Origin: an uncultured Gammaproteobacteria bacterium
GTDB taxonomy: Bacteria; Pseudomonadota; Gammaproteobacteria; CAKMZV01
Direction of reading: 5' to 3'
NCBI GenBank assembly: GCA_929200535.1
Contig: CAKMZV010000001.1
Coordinates: 45,470-109,469, forward strand
DNA: 64,000 nt
The notes under the pieces: generated by a model
The model's database searches: none
Told to the model about the DNA's origin: nothing
The model's input: only the letters and a program-made list of their open reading frames with translations
Program-made: the position numbers and the translations under genes
Shown: piece after piece, positions 62,803 to 64,000 of the stretch
How the letters are laid out: each line of letters begins with the position of its first letter
Numbering within the stretch: position 1 is the stretch's first letter

Positions 62803-63507
62803 GTGCTTAGTTCTGAAATACTTGGCTATTCTCTAAGCATCCTCAAAGGAGCAGTGCTTACCGTGGAGGTAGCACTGCTCTCGTTAGTAATTTCCACCGT
62901 CATCGGCATCAGCGGAGCACTGGCAAAAAAATCTAATAATCGCCTTCTTCGCTACGTCCTTTTTTTATACACAACCATTATTCGTGGCATCCCAGAATTA
63001 GTGTTGATGTTGCTCATCTTCTTTGGTGGACAAATCGCCCTAAATAATCTTATTTTTGCCTTAGGCTACGATACCTACATTGATGTAAACCCATTTTTCA
63101 CTGGCGTACTCACCATTGGATTTATCTATGGTGCCTATATGATTGAAACCTTTCGAGGAGCCATCCAAGCTATCGAACACGAGCAAATTGAAACCGCCTA
63201 TGCGTTTGGTATGAACAAATGGCAAGTTACTCGAAAAATCATCTTCCCACAAATGGCTCTGCACGCCCTACCAAGCTACACCAACAATTGGTTAGTATTG
63301 CTAAAATCAACCGCTTTAGTTTCTGTTATCGGGCTTAATGATATGGTAAGAATTGCCAATCTTGCCAGTGGTTCCATCAAAGAACCCTTTATTTTCTACT
63401 TGTTTGTTTGTCTAATTTTTCTTGGCTTTACTGCCATTTCCCTGTGGGGGCTTAAAAGAATATGCCTGCACTATAATATCGATACTGAAAAAGTCCTTAA
63501 ATCATAA
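62803..63507 (+). CDS. Polar amino-acid ABC transporter permease (HisQ/ArtQ-like)
   Basis: 234 aa, 5 TM with EAA-type loop (AYAFGMNKWQVTRKIIFPQ). Confidence 0.8.
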   Translation: MLSSEILGYSLSILKGAVLTVEVALLSLVISTVIGISGALAKKSNNRLLRYVLFLYTTIIRGIPELVLMLLIFFGGQIALNNLIFALGYDTYIDVNPFFTGVLTIGFIYGAYMIETFRGAIQAIEHEQIETAYAFGMNKWQVTRKIIFPQMALHALPSYTNNWLVLLKSTALVSVIGLNDMVRIANLASGSIKEPFIFYLFVCLIFLGFTAISLWGLKRICLHYNIDTEKVLKS

Positions 63508-63526
63508 AATTTACAAATCTAAAATA

Positions 63527-64000
63527 TGGACTTTAGCATCATTTTTGAAAACCTCCACCGCTACCAAGAAGGCTTATGGATAACCCTTCAATTGACCAGC
63601 CTATCGGTGACTATCGGGCTATTTTTAGCACTTATTCTTGCCTTGATGAAAAACACCACCAACCCTATTCTATCGGGGTTCGCACGTTGCTATATTTATG
63701 TTATTCGTGGCACACCGCTGCTGGTGCAACTGTATCTTGTTTATTATGGCTTATCGCAATTAGAGATTGTGCGAGAAAGTTTTTTATGGATCTTTTTCCG
63801 TGAACCTTATCTATGTGCCCTGTTCGCCTTAACACTTAATACCAGCGCTTATGGTGCTGAAATTATTCGTGGTGCTATTAAGCAAACCTCACTCTATGAG
63901 ATAGAAGCAAGCTATGCTTTTGGAATGTCAAAAGTGCAATGTTATAGACGCGTCATTTTCCCCTCAGTAGTACGCCAAGCAATGCCCGCTTACTTCAATG
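63527..64000 (+). CDS. Polar amino-acid ABC transporter permease (HisM/ArtM-like), partial, runs off window end
   Basis: Own translation from ATG 63527: MDFSIIFENLHRYQEGLWITLQLTSLSVTIGLFLALILALMKNTTNPILSGFARCYIYVIRGTPLLVQLYLVYYGL...EASYAFGMSKVQCYRRVIFP; ORF-track entry 63576-63803 is a different, wrong frame. Confidence 0.7.

Noticed and set aside
63576-63803. ORF-track 75-aa ORF MDNPSIDQPIGDYRAIF...
   Set aside because: Wrong frame. The frame starting at ATG 63527 gives a clean HisM/ArtM-type permease sequence that continues to the window end.

Overview
This 64-kb window is an AT-rich (about 38-40% GC by eye) gammaproteobacterial chromosomal segment, mostly housekeeping genes. The hflK-hflC-yjeT-hisZ-purA synteny is Pseudomonas-like, and tol-pal and mlaFEDCB are intact. 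I could support five things beyond ordinary housekeeping.

1. A roughly 3.6-kb, visibly lower-GC islet sits next to a leuX-type tRNA-Leu(CAA) at 3687-7352. It carries a two-gene module: a HerA/FtsK-family (DUF87) ATPase and an upstream 390-aa partner. The partner has an N-terminal GFVYQ motif and a possible PD-(D/E)xK-like acidic patch, so I read it as a HerA-partnered anti-phage defence candidate of the DUF4297-HerA or Sir2-HerA type. The partner's family is not certain, which makes this the best candidate for a new or poorly described system.

2. A palindromic MITE-like element of about 160 bp (termini tgagacctttgca...tgcaaaggtctca) occurs 7 times in full and once truncated. The copies sit almost exclusively just beyond gene 3' ends or in intergenic gaps. 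Two copies overlap and supply the stop codon or C-terminal tail of host genes. Two copies share a 68-bp internal insertion.

3. A complete reductive pyrimidine-catabolism supercluster spans 40912-57559. It contains mmsA, a codA-like amidohydrolase, a BMP-type nucleoside ABC transporter, an NCS1 permease, preA, preT, dihydropyrimidinase, beta-ureidopropionase, a beta-alanine aminotransferase and a RutR-like TetR regulator. Its promoter carries tandem RutR-box-like palindromes.

4. A split three-gene glutamate-synthase-like module (GATase-II, GXGXG and FMN domains) has the MgsABC or archaeal-type arrangement.

5. An orphan GspE/GspF-type ATPase and platform operon lies divergent from tol-pal.

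Two tRNAs are present, a divergent Leu-CAA and Pro-GGG pair. I found no rRNA and no CRISPR array.
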